Shown: positions 10,050 to 21,015, numbered from the stretch's first letter. The stretch is DNA of 64,000 bases from Candidatus Endomicrobiellum cubanum (GCA_031269735.1 JAISYS010000008.1:16-64015); one strand, 5' to 3'. The notes: generated by a model from the sequence alone, not told the origin. Program-made: numbers and translations.

Positions 10050-11393
10050 ATGTTAAAAAGTCTTTCTGACATTTTTAGGGTACCTGAACTTAGAAAAAAA
10101 GTAATCTTTACATTGCTTATAATAGTTGCTTATAGAATTGGTGCTACTGTTCCTATTCCTGGTATAAACAGTGAAGCTGTAAAATCTTTATTTGCTGCGC
10201 AAAGTAATGGTTTACTTGGATTTTTAGATATGTTTTCTGGTGGAGCTTTAAATAGGATGTCAGTTTTTTCTATGGGTATTATGCCATATATTAACGCGTC
10301 TATTATAATGAGTTTATTGCAGGGAGCGCATATAATACCTTATTTAGACAGACTTGCTAAAGAAGGTGAACAAGGAAGAAAAAAACTTACGCAAATTACA
10401 AGATATGGAACCATTGTATTAGGTGCTATACAATCTTTTGGATTAACTATGGCAATAACAAAATTGCCTACACCTTCTGGTATCCCTATAGTTGTTGATC
10501 CTTCGTGGTCATGGATTGCTCTAACAGGAACCACTCTTGTTACAGGTACTGTACTGATTATGTGGCTTGGCGAACAAGTTACAGAAAGAGGTATAGGTAA
10601 TGGGATTTCTATTATAATATTTTCAGGCATTGTAGAAAGGCTTCCTCATGCAGTTATGAGTGTTATAAAACTTGTGCAAATGGAAGAGCTTTCAATACTG
10701 TTTGCTTTAACTTTAACAGCTATAGTAGCGGCAGTTTTAATTATTGTTGTATGGGTAGAGACGGCTCAGAGAAGAATCCCTATTCATTATGCAAAAAAAA
10801 TGGTTGGTAGAAAAACTTATGGTGGACAGACTTCTTTTTTGCCTATAAAAGTTGACCAATCAGGTGTTATAGCTGTTATATTTTCAATGTCTATACTATC
10901 TGCCCCTCTTACTATAGCGCAGTTTGCTCCTGACTGGACAATGTTTGGTTATCCTTTAGCTAAAAAAATTATGGAATGGTTTAATGGTAGTTCTGTAATA
11001 TATAGTCTAGTTTATGCATTTTTAGTTATATTTTTCTGTTATTTTTATAATTCAATATCTTTTAATCCTAAAGATTTAGCAGAAAATATGAAAAAATCTG
11101 GTGGTTTTGTACCTGGTATAAGACCTGGTGAGCCGACTTCTAACTATATACAAAAAGTTTTGGAAAGAGTTACCCTTGGTGGTGCGTTGTTTGTTGCTGC
11201 GATTGCAGTCCTCCCAGACTATTTACGTTCTGCGATGAGTGCACCATTTTTTTTTGGAGGGACGTCCTTACTTATTGTTGTAGGTGTAGCTCTTGACACA
11301 GTCGGGCAAATAGAATCACATTTGATTATGCGACATTACGATGGGTTTATGAAAGAGGGGCGTATAAAAGGACGTTGGTTCAACATTAAGTAG
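10050..11393 (+). CDS. secY: Preprotein translocase subunit SecY
   Basis: ORF track opens at TTG 9972. ATG 10050 gives the typical N-terminus MLKSLSDIFRVPELRKKVIFTLL. Ten-TM protein in spc-operon position. Confidence 0.95.
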   Translation: MLKSLSDIFRVPELRKKVIFTLLIIVAYRIGATVPIPGINSEAVKSLFAAQSNGLLGFLDMFSGGALNRMSVFSMGIMPYINASIIMSLLQGAHIIPYLDRLAKEGEQGRKKLTQITRYGTIVLGAIQSFGLTMAITKLPTPSGIPIVVDPSWSWIALTGTTLVTGTVLIMWLGEQVTERGIGNGISIIIFSGIVERLPHAVMSVIKLVQMEELSILFALTLTAIVAAVLIIVVWVETAQRRIPIHYAKKMVGRKTYGGQTSFLPIKVDQSGVIAVIFSMSILSAPLTIAQFAPDWTMFGYPLAKKIMEWFNGSSVIYSLVYAFLVIFFCYFYNSISFNPKDLAENMKKSGGFVPGIRPGEPTSNYIQKVLERVTLGGALFVAAIAVLPDYLRSAMSAPFFFGGTSLLIVVGVALDTVGQIESHLIMRHYDGFMKEGRIKGRWFNIK

Positions 11394-11395
11394 TT

Positions 11396-11570
11396 GGGCT
11401 AGTCTTTAAATTTGTACTTCCTTATGCGGTGGCTCATATATTTTAATCATATGCTTCGCCGTCGCAAGCGTTGTCTAAATTTAAAATTCTGCGCTTTGAG
11501 ATAGAGAGTTTTTGTAGAAATGTGGGTTTACGTTTTGTCAAAACGAGTGTTGCCTAAATTTAAAAGTGTT
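11396..11570 (-). repeat. Family-1 intergenic repeat, diverged/expanded copy (secY-adk spacer)
   Basis: gggctagtctttaaa...ccttatgcgg...cttcgccgtcgcaagcgtt...ttttgtcaaaa aligns by eye with the 26808-26945 copy. Boundaries are uncertain. Confidence 0.4.
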
Positions 11571-11587
11571 AAAAATACAAGGAAAAA

Positions 11588-12217
11588 ATGAATTATATAC
11601 TTTTAGGTCCTCCAGGAGCAGGGAAAGGTACACAAGCCAAAAATATTGTAGACAAGTTTGGGTTAGTACATTTGTCTACAGGAGAGATGTTTAGAGAAGC
11701 TAAAAAATCAGATGAAACTATAAGTAAACTTGTTGCTTCCGGGCAACTTATTTCAGACGAATTAGTTGTAAATATGATCAAAAAACATCTTTTGAAAGAG
11801 GGTGTAAAAAAAGGGTTTCTTTTAGATGGGTTTCCTAGAACAGTAAACCAAGCTAAGTCTCTGGATTTAATACTTAAATCAGAAAATATTAAAATAGATG
11901 CAGTATTTTTTATAGACTTAAAATTTGAAGAAATAATCAAAAGAATATCAGGAAGAAGAATTTGTTCCTGTGGAGCAAGTTATAATTTGTATTTTATTCC
12001 TCCAAAAGAGTCTAATAAATGCGATGAATGCAATAAAGATCTTATTCAAAGAGATGATGATAAAGAAGAAATTGTAAAAAATAGGCTTGATGTTTATGAG
12101 AGTCAAACAAAACCTTTAGTTGAGTATTACAAGAGGCAAGGTTTTTTAATTGAAATAGACGGGTCAAAATCTGAGTCAGAAGTTTTTAAACAAATAAGTG
12201 AAAATATTAAACCGTAA
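11588..12217 (+). CDS. adk: Adenylate kinase (zinc-lid type)
   Basis: 209 aa, [14 protein letters not shown]-loop; lid CSC...CDEC. Confidence 0.96.
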   Translation: MNYILLGPPGAGKGTQAKNIVDKFGLVHLSTGEMFREAKKSDETISKLVASGQLISDELVVNMIKKHLLKEGVKKGFLLDGFPRTVNQAKSLDLILKSENIKIDAVFFIDLKFEEIIKRISGRRICSCGASYNLYFIPPKESNKCDECNKDLIQRDDDKEEIVKNRLDVYESQTKPLVEYYKRQGFLIEIDGSKSESEVFKQISENIKP

Positions 12218-12291
12218 AGTTTCTGTTCTTTAAAGATTTTATAGACTGTTATGTGCTTAAACAGATAACAACGTTTATTTTGGAGTGTTAA

Positions 12292-13077
12292 GTGTTTTTA
12301 AAAAATCTTAATATCGAGTTAAAATCGGCAAGAGAAATTGAAAAAATGAAAATTGCCGGTAAAGTTGTAGGCGAAATTTTAGAGAAGCTTTCTGAAATAA
12401 TAAAGCCTGACATAGCAACTAAAGATATAGATATATTTGTAGAAAAATATATAAAGTCATCAAAAATGAAGCCAGCTTTTTTAGGGCAAAAAGGTATAAG
12501 ATATCCTTTTCCGGCTTCAGCTTGTGTGTCTATAAATGACGAAGTTGTACATGGGATTCCAAATGTTTCTCGTGTGCTTAAAGAGGGCGATATTGTTTCT
12601 GTAGATATTGGCGTTATTTATGAAGGATATTATGGAGACGGAGCAAAAACTTACGCAGTCGGTAAAATTTCCGATACCGCATCCAAACTTCTTAAAGTTA
12701 CGGAAATATCTTTAGAAAAAGGCATTGAGCAGGTGTTGATAGGCAACAGACTTGGTGATATTTCTTGGGCAGTGCAAAATGCAGTAGAAAGTGAAGGTTT
12801 TTCTGTTGTTCGGGATTTTGTTGGACATGGTATAGGTAGATCTTTACATGAAGATCCTCAAATTCCAAATTACGGGAAGGCAGAAACTGGTGTAAAGCTT
12901 ATGGCTGGTATGGTTTTGGCAATTGAGCCTATGGTTAATGTAGGAAGTCATGAAGTTGTTATGTTAGACGATGGCTGGACTGTTGTTACAAAAGATGGCA
13001 GTTTAAGTGCTCATTTTGAGCACACAATTGCTATAACAGAACATGGTTATGAAATTTTGACAGGGTGTTTTTCTTAA
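12292..13077 (+). CDS. map: Methionine aminopeptidase type I
   Basis: 261 aa, GTG start, ...VVHGIP...DIGV...GHGIG...EHT metal-ligand pattern. Confidence 0.95.
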   Translation: MFLKNLNIELKSAREIEKMKIAGKVVGEILEKLSEIIKPDIATKDIDIFVEKYIKSSKMKPAFLGQKGIRYPFPASACVSINDEVVHGIPNVSRVLKEGDIVSVDIGVIYEGYYGDGAKTYAVGKISDTASKLLKVTEISLEKGIEQVLIGNRLGDISWAVQNAVESEGFSVVRDFVGHGIGRSLHEDPQIPNYGKAETGVKLMAGMVLAIEPMVNVGSHEVVMLDDGWTVVTKDGSLSAHFEHTIAITEHGYEILTGCFS

Positions 13078-13078
13078 A

Positions 13079-13215
13079 GCCTCTAATTCGTATGATTGAT
13101 GTGAACTTTTTGACAAGGCAATGCAAAAATATAGGACTTATTGTGCAATATTTTTTAACGTAGCAGTGTCTGAAAAGGCTCAGTAAGTATACGTGTTAAG
13201 GTTTTTAAAGAGACC
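13079..13215 (+). repeat. Family-1 intergenic repeat, full-length copy (map-infA spacer)
   Basis: 137 bp. Contains gcctctaa...gtatgattgatgtgaactttttgacaaggcaatgcaaaaat...ttttttaacgtagc...cagtaagt...taaggtttttaaagagacc. Aligns with copies at 21016, 45948 and the reverse complement of 26808. Confidence 0.7.
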
Positions 13216-13228
13216 TCGAGGGTATAAA

Positions 13229-13450
13229 ATGACTAAAGAAGAAAAAATTGTTGTTGAAGGTAAGATACTAGAAGCTTTGCCAAACGCAGTTTTTAGAGTA
13301 GAACTTATTGAGGGAGGGCATATTATTTTAGCGCATATTTGCGGGAAAATGAGAATGCATTACATAAAGATCCTACCGGGAGATAAAGTTAAGGTAGAAC
13401 TTTCTCCTTATGATTTGTCTAGAGGAAGAATAGTATATAGAGAAAAGTAA
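13229..13450 (+). CDS. infA: Translation initiation factor IF-1
   Basis: ATG 13229 preceded by [31 protein letters not shown]...; the 13193 GTG extension would run through the repeat. Confidence 0.95.
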   Translation: MTKEEKIVVEGKILEALPNAVFRVELIEGGHIILAHICGKMRMHYIKILPGDKVKVELSPYDLSRGRIVYREK

Positions 13451-13510
13451 AGGGTTTTTGTAGATACGCGTAAATATTAAAAAGTCTCAATTGAAAAATA
13501 CCCAAAGGGA

Positions 13511-13539
13511 TTTAAAAGTTATTATTTTTGTGGTATAAT
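13511..13539 (+). promoter_or_regulatory. Candidate sigma70 promoter with extended -10 (TTTAAA-N17-TGgTATAAT) ahead of rpmJ-rpsM-rpsK-rpsD-rpoA-rplQ
   Basis: tggtataat at 13531-13539 and tttaaa at 13511-13516. AT-rich background makes false positives likely. Confidence 0.35.
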
Positions 13540-13584
13540 GCATAGACTTTATTAGAGTATAGAACTTATATGGAGTATATCAAA

Positions 13585-13698
13585 ATGAAAGTCAGAACAT
13601 CTGTAAAACCTATTTGTCAAAAATGTAAAGTAGTAAAACGTAAAGGTGTAGTAAGAGTAGTATGTCAAGATCCTAGACATAAGCAAAGACAGGGATAA
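13585..13698 (+). CDS. rpmJ: 50S ribosomal protein bL36 (Cys3His form)
   Basis: Not in ORF track (37 aa): [37 protein letters not shown]; between infA and rpsM. Confidence 0.95.
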   Translation: MKVRTSVKPICQKCKVVKRKGVVRVVCQDPRHKQRQG

Positions 13699-13750
13699 AT
13701 TTTGGGGAAAATATAATTAAAATAGAAGCACAGAATTTGGAGGATGATAA

Positions 13751-14140
13751 ATGGCTCGTGTAGCTGGAGTAGATTTACCAAAAAGCAAAAGGCTTGATAT
13801 AGCATTAAGATATATTTATGGTATCGGATCTGCAATATCAAATGAAATTATTGCAGAACTTTCTTTAGATCCTGCTAAAAGAGTTAAAGATTTAACGGAA
13901 GAAGAAGTCAATAGAATCAATAATCTTATTACTAAAAATTTAAAAGTAGAGGGCGATCTTAGAAGAGAAATTCAATCAAATATAAAAAGACTTATAGAAA
14001 TAGCCAGCTACAGAGGGTCTAGACACAGAAGAAATCTTCCTGTAAGAGGACAAAGAACCAAAACAAATGCACGTATAAGACGTGGCAAGAGAAAAACTAT
14101 AGGTGCAAGTAAAGCTCAAGATCAAGGTAAAAAAGGTTAG
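13751..14140 (+). CDS. rpsM: 30S ribosomal protein uS13
   Basis: 129 aa, [14 protein letters not shown]...[22 protein letters not shown]. Confidence 0.97.
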   Translation: MARVAGVDLPKSKRLDIALRYIYGIGSAISNEIIAELSLDPAKRVKDLTEEEVNRINNLITKNLKVEGDLRREIQSNIKRLIEIASYRGSRHRRNLPVRGQRTKTNARIRRGKRKTIGASKAQDQGKKG

Positions 14141-14217
14141 TTTTTAAGTTTTTTGGAATAAAAAATAATGGGTTTCTCTAAAAATTTTAATTGTAGATAA
14201 TAAAATACGGAGGAAGT

Positions 14218-14610
14218 ATGGCAGATGAAAAAAAGACCGGTAGTACCAAAAAGAAAAAGTATACCGGGTCAGTAGCAAAAGCATATATATTGTCAACATT
14301 TAACAATACTATTGTTAATATAACAGATGAAAGAGGAAATACTTTAACATGGGCATCAGCAGGAGGGTCAGGCTTTAAAGGAACAAAAAAAGGTACTCCT
14401 TTTGCAGCGCAGCTTGCAGCTTCTTCTGTAGGTAAAAAGGCTTTGGATATGGGCGTAAAACAAGTAGCTGTTTTTGTTAATGGTCCAGGACCTGGAAGAG
14501 AGACTGCTATTAGAGGTTTACAGAGTGCAGGTCTTGACATAACAGCTATAAAAGATGTTACGCCGGTACCTCACGATGGTTGTCGTCCACCAAAACCAAG
14601 AAGAGTATAA
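14218..14610 (+). CDS. rpsK: 30S ribosomal protein uS11
   Basis: 130 aa, ...[22 protein letters not shown]...[17 protein letters not shown]. Confidence 0.97.
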   Translation: MADEKKTGSTKKKKYTGSVAKAYILSTFNNTIVNITDERGNTLTWASAGGSGFKGTKKGTPFAAQLAASSVGKKALDMGVKQVAVFVNGPGPGRETAIRGLQSAGLDITAIKDVTPVPHDGCRPPKPRRV

Positions 14611-14695
14611 TTAAGATAATATTTGGCACAACGGCTGCTGTCAAGTATTGTTTACATAAAGAAATTTGTAAATAAACCTTGGAGGGTTTTAATAG

Positions 14696-15322
14696 ATGTC
14701 ACGTTATTTAGGGTCAGTATGTAAATTGTGTCGTCGAGAGAGAGAAAAGCTTTTTCTAAAAGGGGAGAGATGCTCTTCTAATTGTACTCTTGATAAGAAA
14801 AGAGGGAAAAACGGCCCTGGTCAGCATGGAGCAGCTAAAAGTAAAATGTCTGATTACGGAAAACATTTACGTGAAAAGCAAAAAGCAAGAAGAGTTTACA
14901 ATTTAACAGAAGAACAATTTGTTCACTATTATGAAGTTGCAGAAAAAATGAAAGGTTCTACAGGAGACAATCTCTTTAAGCTTTTAGAAATGAGATTAGA
15001 CAATGTAGTTTTTAGATTAGGACTTGCAGTTTCTAAAAAAATGGCAAGGCAGATTGTTAATCACGGGAATATTTTAGTAAACGATAAGAAGATAGATGTG
15101 CCTCGTTATCAAGTTAAAATTGGTGATGTTATAACAGTGCCTGAAAAGTATAAAACAAGTGATGGTATAAATAATTTGCTTGAAAAAACAGCACCGAATA
15201 TTCCTGCTTGGCTAAGTTTTGATAAGAATAAGGTAGCAGGAACAGTTGTAAGTGAGCCGCTTGCAGGAGAGGTATCGCATCCTATCAACAGCCAGCTTAT
15301 TGTTGAATACTATTCAAAATAA
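14696..15322 (+). CDS. rpsD: 30S ribosomal protein uS4
   Basis: 208 aa, MSRYLGSVCKLCRREREKLFLKGERC...; S4 RNA-binding domain. Confidence 0.97.
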   Translation: MSRYLGSVCKLCRREREKLFLKGERCSSNCTLDKKRGKNGPGQHGAAKSKMSDYGKHLREKQKARRVYNLTEEQFVHYYEVAEKMKGSTGDNLFKLLEMRLDNVVFRLGLAVSKKMARQIVNHGNILVNDKKIDVPRYQVKIGDVITVPEKYKTSDGINNLLEKTAPNIPAWLSFDKNKVAGTVVSEPLAGEVSHPINSQLIVEYYSK

Positions 15323-15363
15323 ACTAACAACTTAAAAAGTTGTTTTAATGAGGTTATTAAATA

Positions 15364-16338
15364 ATGAAAGCACCGGATTTAGAAAAATTACGCAAACTTG
15401 TTTTAGATGAAAAAACTTCCACCTCGTTTTATGGTTGTTTAACGGCAGCCCCTTTTGAGCGTGGTTATGGTCATACAATTGGAAATTCACTAAGAAGAGT
15501 ACTTCTTTCTAGTCTAGATGGCGCTGCTATAACTTCTGTAAAGGTTACAGGAGCTTTGCACGAGTTTGCAGTTCTCAAGGGCGTTAAGGAAGATGTTGCT
15601 CAAATAGTTTTAAACTTAAAAAAAATTAGAGTTAAACTTAATTCAGAAGGTCCAGAGAGACTTTATCTTAAGGTAAAAAATCCAGGTAAAGTAACTGCAA
15701 AAGATATTGAGATGAATCCTAATGTTGAAATAATGAATCCAGAACAAGAAATAGCTCATATAGATAATGGTACAGTTCTTGAAATGGAGATGGAAGTAAG
15801 TATGGGTAGAGGCTATGTTCTTGCTGAAGAATTAAAATCCTCTAAAGATTCTGTAGGGACAATACTTTTAGATTCTTTATTTTCGCCTGTAACAAAAGTA
15901 AATTATGAGGTTGAAAATACACGTGTAGAGCAGGCTTTAAATTATGATAAACTTGTTATAGAAATTTGGACAGATGGCTCTATTGCTCCTAAAGATGCTT
16001 TAATAAAATCTGCAAAAATACTTAGAAATAGCCTAGTAACTTTTACTGGTGAGCCAGTAGAGTCTGAAGAAGTTGTTGTAGAAGATTCTTCTGTTAAAGA
16101 GAATTTAGAAGAAGGCATTTTTGGTCAGCATATAAGTAATATGGGCCTTTCAACAAGAGCTTCCAATAGTTTAAAAAATGCTAGTATAGAAACTATTGGT
16201 GATCTTGTAAAGATGAAAGCAGAGGATATATTAAAGCTTAATAACTTTGGGAAACGTTCCTTTGAAGAAATAAAAACAAAACTTGAAGAACTAAACTTAA
16301 CGTTTGGAATGGAAGTTAAGAACGGAGTAAAGAAATGA
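15364..16338 (+). CDS. rpoA: DNA-directed RNA polymerase subunit alpha
   Basis: 324 aa, GHTIGNSLRRVLLSS... and C-terminal domain LSTRASNSLKNASIETIGDL. Confidence 0.97.
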   Translation: MKAPDLEKLRKLVLDEKTSTSFYGCLTAAPFERGYGHTIGNSLRRVLLSSLDGAAITSVKVTGALHEFAVLKGVKEDVAQIVLNLKKIRVKLNSEGPERLYLKVKNPGKVTAKDIEMNPNVEIMNPEQEIAHIDNGTVLEMEMEVSMGRGYVLAEELKSSKDSVGTILLDSLFSPVTKVNYEVENTRVEQALNYDKLVIEIWTDGSIAPKDALIKSAKILRNSLVTFTGEPVESEEVVVEDSSVKENLEEGIFGQHISNMGLSTRASNSLKNASIETIGDLVKMKAEDILKLNNFGKRSFEEIKTKLEELNLTFGMEVKNGVKK

Positions 16339-16688
16339 TAAAGACTTATAATGGGAGCAAATTAGGAGTAACAAGTGCGCATAGGAAAGCATTGCTTCGC
16401 AACTTGGCTGCTGAATTGTTTCTTCATGAAAAAATAACTACTACGCTTCCAAAAGCAAAAGAGCTTGTAAGTTATGCGGAAAAGCTTGTAACTAAAGCTA
16501 AAAAGGCTGATTTAAGTGCTATAAGAGCAATAAATGGACAAATACATAATAAAGATGTTGCAAAAAAAGTTTTTGATGTTTTAGTTCCAAGGTACAAAGA
16601 AAGACATGGCGGATATACACAAATTTTAAAAGTTGGAACAAGACGCGGCGACAGCGCGCAAGTAGCCATAGTAAAATTAGTTATTTAG
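16335..16688 (+). CDS. rplQ: 50S ribosomal protein bL17
   Basis: 117 aa, ...LGVTSAHRKALLRNLAAELFLHEKITTTLPKAKE... Confidence 0.96.
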   Translation: MIKTYNGSKLGVTSAHRKALLRNLAAELFLHEKITTTLPKAKELVSYAEKLVTKAKKADLSAIRAINGQIHNKDVAKKVFDVLVPRYKERHGGYTQILKVGTRRGDSAQVAIVKLVI

Positions 16689-16856
16689 TAAAAACTTTGT
16701 CTTTTTTAAATTTTGTTACCGTATAAACTTATTTTATATAATAAAAGCATAGAGTGTTAATAAGATAGTTAATATATATATAAGTTTAATTTGTATTAGC
16801 TTAAGTGCACTCTTGTTTTTTGTTTGTTAATTCTATAAGCTCGAGGGAAATGATAA

Positions 16857-17885
16857 ATGTTTAATTATATTTTTGGTCTATTTTCATACGATATGGGTAT
16901 AGACCTTGGGACAGCTTCAGTTTTGGTATACATAAAAGGTAAGAACGTTGTTTTAAAAGAACCTTCAGTAGTTGCTATGGATAAAGAAACAAAACGAGTT
17001 TTAGCTATTGGTATTGATGCAAAGAAGATGTTAGGTAAAACTCCTGCAAATATTGTTGCTGTAAGGCCTCTTAGAAATGGTGTTATAGCAGATTTTGCAG
17101 CTACAGAAAAAATGATTAGATATTTTATAAAAAAAGTGCATAATAAGAGAGCTCTTCTTCATCCAAGAGTAGTTATAGGTGTACCTTCTGGGATAACAGA
17201 AGTTGAAAGAAGAGCTGTAAGGGAGTCTGCAGAGCAAGCAGGAGCAAGAGAGGTATATCTTATAGATGAACCTATGGCAGCAGCAATTGGGGCGGGAATT
17301 CCTATTCAAGATCCTGAAGGCACTATGATAGTAGATATTGGTGGAGGCACAACGGAAGTTGCTGTTATTTCTTTAGGTGGTATGGTAGTAGCAAAATCTT
17401 TAGATGTTGCCGGCGATAAAATGGATGAAGCAATTGTTCAATATTTTAGACGCAAATATAATCTTGCAATTGGAGAAAATTCTGCAGAATCAGTAAAAAT
17501 GCAGATAGGTTCAGTTTTTCCTTTGGATCAAGAAATAACCATGGATGTAAAAGGGAGAGATTTATTAACAGGTCTTCCTAAAACTGTAACAATGTCGTCT
17601 GAAGAAGTTAGAATAGCTTTAGAGGATCCAATAAGAAAAATCGTAGAAGTAGTAAAAAATGTTTTAGAAGAAACTCCTGCAGAGCTTTCTGCAGATATTG
17701 TAGATAAGGGCATAATACTCAGTGGTGGCGGCTCTTTGGTAAAAGGATTACCTGAGTTGTTATCTCAAGAGACGGAACTTCCTGTAAATCGGGCAGACGA
17801 CCCTGTTACTTGTGTAGTCAGGGGAACAGGTGCGTATTTAGAAGAGCTTGATAATATAAAGAAATCTAAGAAAAAAAATATATAA
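16857..17885 (+). CDS. mreB: Rod-shape-determining actin homologue MreB
   Basis: 342 aa, [14 protein letters not shown]...[16 protein letters not shown]... Confidence 0.96.
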   Translation: MFNYIFGLFSYDMGIDLGTASVLVYIKGKNVVLKEPSVVAMDKETKRVLAIGIDAKKMLGKTPANIVAVRPLRNGVIADFAATEKMIRYFIKKVHNKRALLHPRVVIGVPSGITEVERRAVRESAEQAGAREVYLIDEPMAAAIGAGIPIQDPEGTMIVDIGGGTTEVAVISLGGMVVAKSLDVAGDKMDEAIVQYFRRKYNLAIGENSAESVKMQIGSVFPLDQEITMDVKGRDLLTGLPKTVTMSSEEVRIALEDPIRKIVEVVKNVLEETPAELSADIVDKGIILSGGGSLVKGLPELLSQETELPVNRADDPVTCVVRGTGAYLEELDNIKKSKKKNI

Positions 17886-17909
17886 AATTTTTAGACTTTT
17901 ATAAATGAA

Positions 17910-18749
17910 ATGAGTCTATATAAAAAATCAAGATATGAAAATATTGTTTTTATAGTATTAATACTAATATGCTTTATTTTTATAGGGGGTAGATTTTTTG
18001 TTACTATAAACTGTATAAAACACTTCATTTATTACATAGCCTATCCTAACTTAAGTGCAGCTGATAATATTTTAAAATTTTCTGGTAACTTTGCCAATAA
18101 TATTGAGTCTTTAATTTCTCTACATCAAGACAATATATCTTACAAACAAAAGAATCAAGAATTAATAGACAAACTTCGCAATTATGAATTAATAACTCAT
18201 GAATATGAGAGCTTGTTAAAACTCTTCAAATTAGACAAAGTTGATAATACTAAATCTGTCTATGCTAGAATTGTGGTAAGAGAGCCTAGCTTGTGGTATC
18301 AAAGTTTTATAATAGATAAAGGTTCAGATGATGGTCTTTATAATGAACTTCCTGTTGCTGTTTTTAATAAGACAAAAAATGCTTTGTATGCAATGGGGAC
18401 TATAGTTGAAACTTATAAAAATTCATCTAAAGTTGCTTTAATAACAAACTCAGAATCTATTTTGCCTGTGGAAATTAAAAACAAAGGTATAAATTGTTTG
18501 GTTGAAGGCTTCGATTCGTGTTTAGTCAAAGTAACTTATATTCCTCTAAATGTTGATGTTAAGCCCGGAGATGAGCTTGTTGTTAGTAATTTAAGTTCAA
18601 TTTTTAATTACGGTATTCCTGTGGGTGTTATTAGAGGTATTGTTCAAGAACCATACATGGATTTTCAGACTGCCACTGCAGAAGTTTTTTTTGATATGGT
18701 TTCTTCAAATATAGCAATTGTTTTAGTGCCTTCGGAGCAAAAACAATGA
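17910..18749 (+). CDS. mreC: Rod-shape-determining protein MreC
   Basis: 279 aa, N-terminal TM, coiled coil, beta-rich C-terminal part (GIPVGVI); between mreB and mreD. Confidence 0.85.
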   Translation: MSLYKKSRYENIVFIVLILICFIFIGGRFFVTINCIKHFIYYIAYPNLSAADNILKFSGNFANNIESLISLHQDNISYKQKNQELIDKLRNYELITHEYESLLKLFKLDKVDNTKSVYARIVVREPSLWYQSFIIDKGSDDGLYNELPVAVFNKTKNALYAMGTIVETYKNSSKVALITNSESILPVEIKNKGINCLVEGFDSCLVKVTYIPLNVDVKPGDELVVSNLSSIFNYGIPVGVIRGIVQEPYMDFQTATAEVFFDMVSSNIAIVLVPSEQKQ

Positions 18750-19222
18750 GAAAATTAATACTTTACTTTCTTATATACATATTTTTTTGTTTGATACAGT
18801 TTTTCTTTAGCCAATACTTAAATAGTTTTAGAATTTTCCCGAATTTTATTTTAGTTTGTGTTGTTTGTATAGGTTTTATAAAAGGATCTTTTAATGCGCA
18901 ACTTGTTGGTTTTTTGTTTGGTCTTACTTGGGATATTTTTTCCACAGATGTTTTTGCAACAAGGGCACTGCTATTTACAATATTAGGTTACTTATCAGGA
19001 AAATTAAATAGAAAGTTTGACATTATCAATACTTTTTTTCAGTGTGTTATTGTTTTTCTTGCAAATATAGTTTATGATTTAGGTTTATATCTTATTAATT
19101 GCATTATAATTCAAGATTTCAAAGATACTCTTACATTTAAAAATATTTCAAATATTTTTACTACAACAATTGTAACCCCTTTTGTTTTTTATGTTTTGCG
19201 TCGCGTCTTAAAAGGAATATAG
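18746..19222 (+). CDS. mreD: Rod-shape-determining protein MreD
   Basis: 158-aa polytopic membrane protein, 4-nt overlap with mreC; position in mreBCD-mrdA-rodA block. Confidence 0.8.
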   Translation: MRKLILYFLIYIFFCLIQFFFSQYLNSFRIFPNFILVCVVCIGFIKGSFNAQLVGFLFGLTWDIFSTDVFATRALLFTILGYLSGKLNRKFDIINTFFQCVIVFLANIVYDLGLYLINCIIIQDFKDTLTFKNISNIFTTTIVTPFVFYVLRRVLKGI

Positions 19223-21007
19223 ATGGTATGGCAAAAGAAAGATAAGTTTTCATATGAAATTTTTCTTGCTAAACACAAGGTAATCCTTGTGTTTTTTATG
19301 TTTCTGTTCCTGTCTCTGTCATTACGTCTTTTTTATTTGCAAATTATAAATGGTAGTAAATATAAAAATATTTCAGAATATCAAAAAATTCATAATACTA
19401 AAGAATGTGCCAAGAGAGGTGTTATATATTCAGCTGATGGGCAAATACTTGCAGAAAGTAAAAATTCCTATGCTGTATTGTATTATCCTTGTCCAGGAAA
19501 TCAAAAGCCTTCAGAACAAATTTTATTGGAATTGAGTAAAATTTTGCAAAAAGAAATTAAACCTTCCAATAGTCTTTTTTCTAAATATGGAAGAAAAGTT
19601 ATGGTTCTTGTAGAAAATTTAACTCTTAATGAGGTATTTAAAATTCAAGAGAAGAAGTTTAAACTAAAAGGAATTACTATAACAAAAGCCTCTAAACGTT
19701 TATATCATTTTTCTAAAGAAACTAGCCATGTTATAGGTTATATAAGCCAAATACAAGCAAATGAAATGAAACATTTATCTGGAGCAGGTTATAAGTTAGG
19801 CGACTATATCGGTAGAGGTGGCATAGAACAGTATTATGATGAATATCTTCAAGGGAAAGATGGTGGTTGGCAAATAGAAGTAAACTCTAAAGGTGATAAA
19901 GTAAGGATGATAAAATATGTTCCACCTGAGACGGGTAATAGTATTTATTCTACTATAGATTTGAAACTTCAATATTGTGCATATAATGCTTTAAAAAATA
20001 GTGATACAGGTAAAGGTGCTGTTGTTGTTTTGGACGTAAAAAGTGGGAATGTAAAAGCTTTAGTTTCATGTCCTGGCTTTGACTCAAACAAAGTATTAAA
20101 TAACAGAATCTGTGAGTATATAAAAGATGGTAAGTTGCCACTGTTTAATAGAGCACTGCAAGCTTTATACCCACCAGGCTCCACGTTTAAATTTGTTACT
20201 TTTGCAGCTGCAATGGATTTGTTAGACATTAATCCTTATGAGACTATAGATTGTAAAGGCAAATTTGAGTTAGGTGATAGAATATATGTCTGTTATCATA
20301 AAACTGCTCACGGCAGATTGAATTTAATTTCAGCAATGGCAGTTTCGTGTAATGTTTATTTTTATAATTTAGGTTTAAAATTAGGTATAAGAAACTTAGA
20401 AGTGTATACTAGAAAATTTCTGTTTGGACAAAAGACAGGAATAGATTTGCCAAACGAAAAACAAGGTTTTATACCAACCCCGGAATGGAAAAAATCAAAA
20501 TTTAAAGTTCCTTGGTTGCAAGGTGACACATTAATTTTTGCAATAGGACAGGGTGCTATTTGCGTAACGCCTCTACAAATGGCACACATTATGGCTACTA
20601 TTGCAAAAAGAGGATTTATTTGTAAACCTTATGTAGTTGATAAGATTGTAGATTTAAACGGTAACGAAATTTACAAACATGAAAATTCTCAAATTAAAGA
20701 TCGTATAGAACTTTCTAATAGGACTTGGGAATTTTTACATAAATCTCTTTTAGAAGTTGTTGAAAATGGAACAGCAAGAAGATGCAAAATCCCAGGTATA
20801 AAAATATCTGGCAAAACAGGTACTGCGCAAAATCCACACAAAAAGGATCATTCTTGGTTTATTTCATACGCTCCATCAGATAATCCAGAAATTGCAGTAG
20901 CAGTTATTGTTGAACATGGTGGCAGTGGAGGATTAAACGCTGTGCCGATAGCAAAAAGAATATACGAGACTTATTTTGGAATTAGTGCAAGTTCAGTTTT
21001 AGATTAA
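19223..21007 (+). CDS. mrdA: Penicillin-binding protein 2 (elongasome transpeptidase)
   Basis: 594 aa, N-terminal TM. SxxK (STFK), SxN (SCN) and KTG (KTGTAQ) motifs. Confidence 0.93.
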   Translation: MVWQKKDKFSYEIFLAKHKVILVFFMFLFLSLSLRLFYLQIINGSKYKNISEYQKIHNTKECAKRGVIYSADGQILAESKNSYAVLYYPCPGNQKPSEQILLELSKILQKEIKPSNSLFSKYGRKVMVLVENLTLNEVFKIQEKKFKLKGITITKASKRLYHFSKETSHVIGYISQIQANEMKHLSGAGYKLGDYIGRGGIEQYYDEYLQGKDGGWQIEVNSKGDKVRMIKYVPPETGNSIYSTIDLKLQYCAYNALKNSDTGKGAVVVLDVKSGNVKALVSCPGFDSNKVLNNRICEYIKDGKLPLFNRALQALYPPGSTFKFVTFAAAMDLLDINPYETIDCKGKFELGDRIYVCYHKTAHGRLNLISAMAVSCNVYFYNLGLKLGIRNLEVYTRKFLFGQKTGIDLPNEKQGFIPTPEWKKSKFKVPWLQGDTLIFAIGQGAICVTPLQMAHIMATIAKRGFICKPYVVDKIVDLNGNEIYKHENSQIKDRIELSNRTWEFLHKSLLEVVENGTARRCKIPGIKISGKTGTAQNPHKKDHSWFISYAPSDNPEIAVAVIVEHGGSGGLNAVPIAKRIYETYFGISASSVLD

Positions 21008-21015
21008 TAAAAGCA

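Noticed and set aside
13108-13140. The TTGACA box conserved inside Family-1 copies (13108, 21051, 45992) as an internal promoter
   Set aside because: No consistent -10 hexamer lies at 16-18 nt in the different copies (aggact / tagggt / aaggtt). The conservation is more simply explained by common descent of the element.
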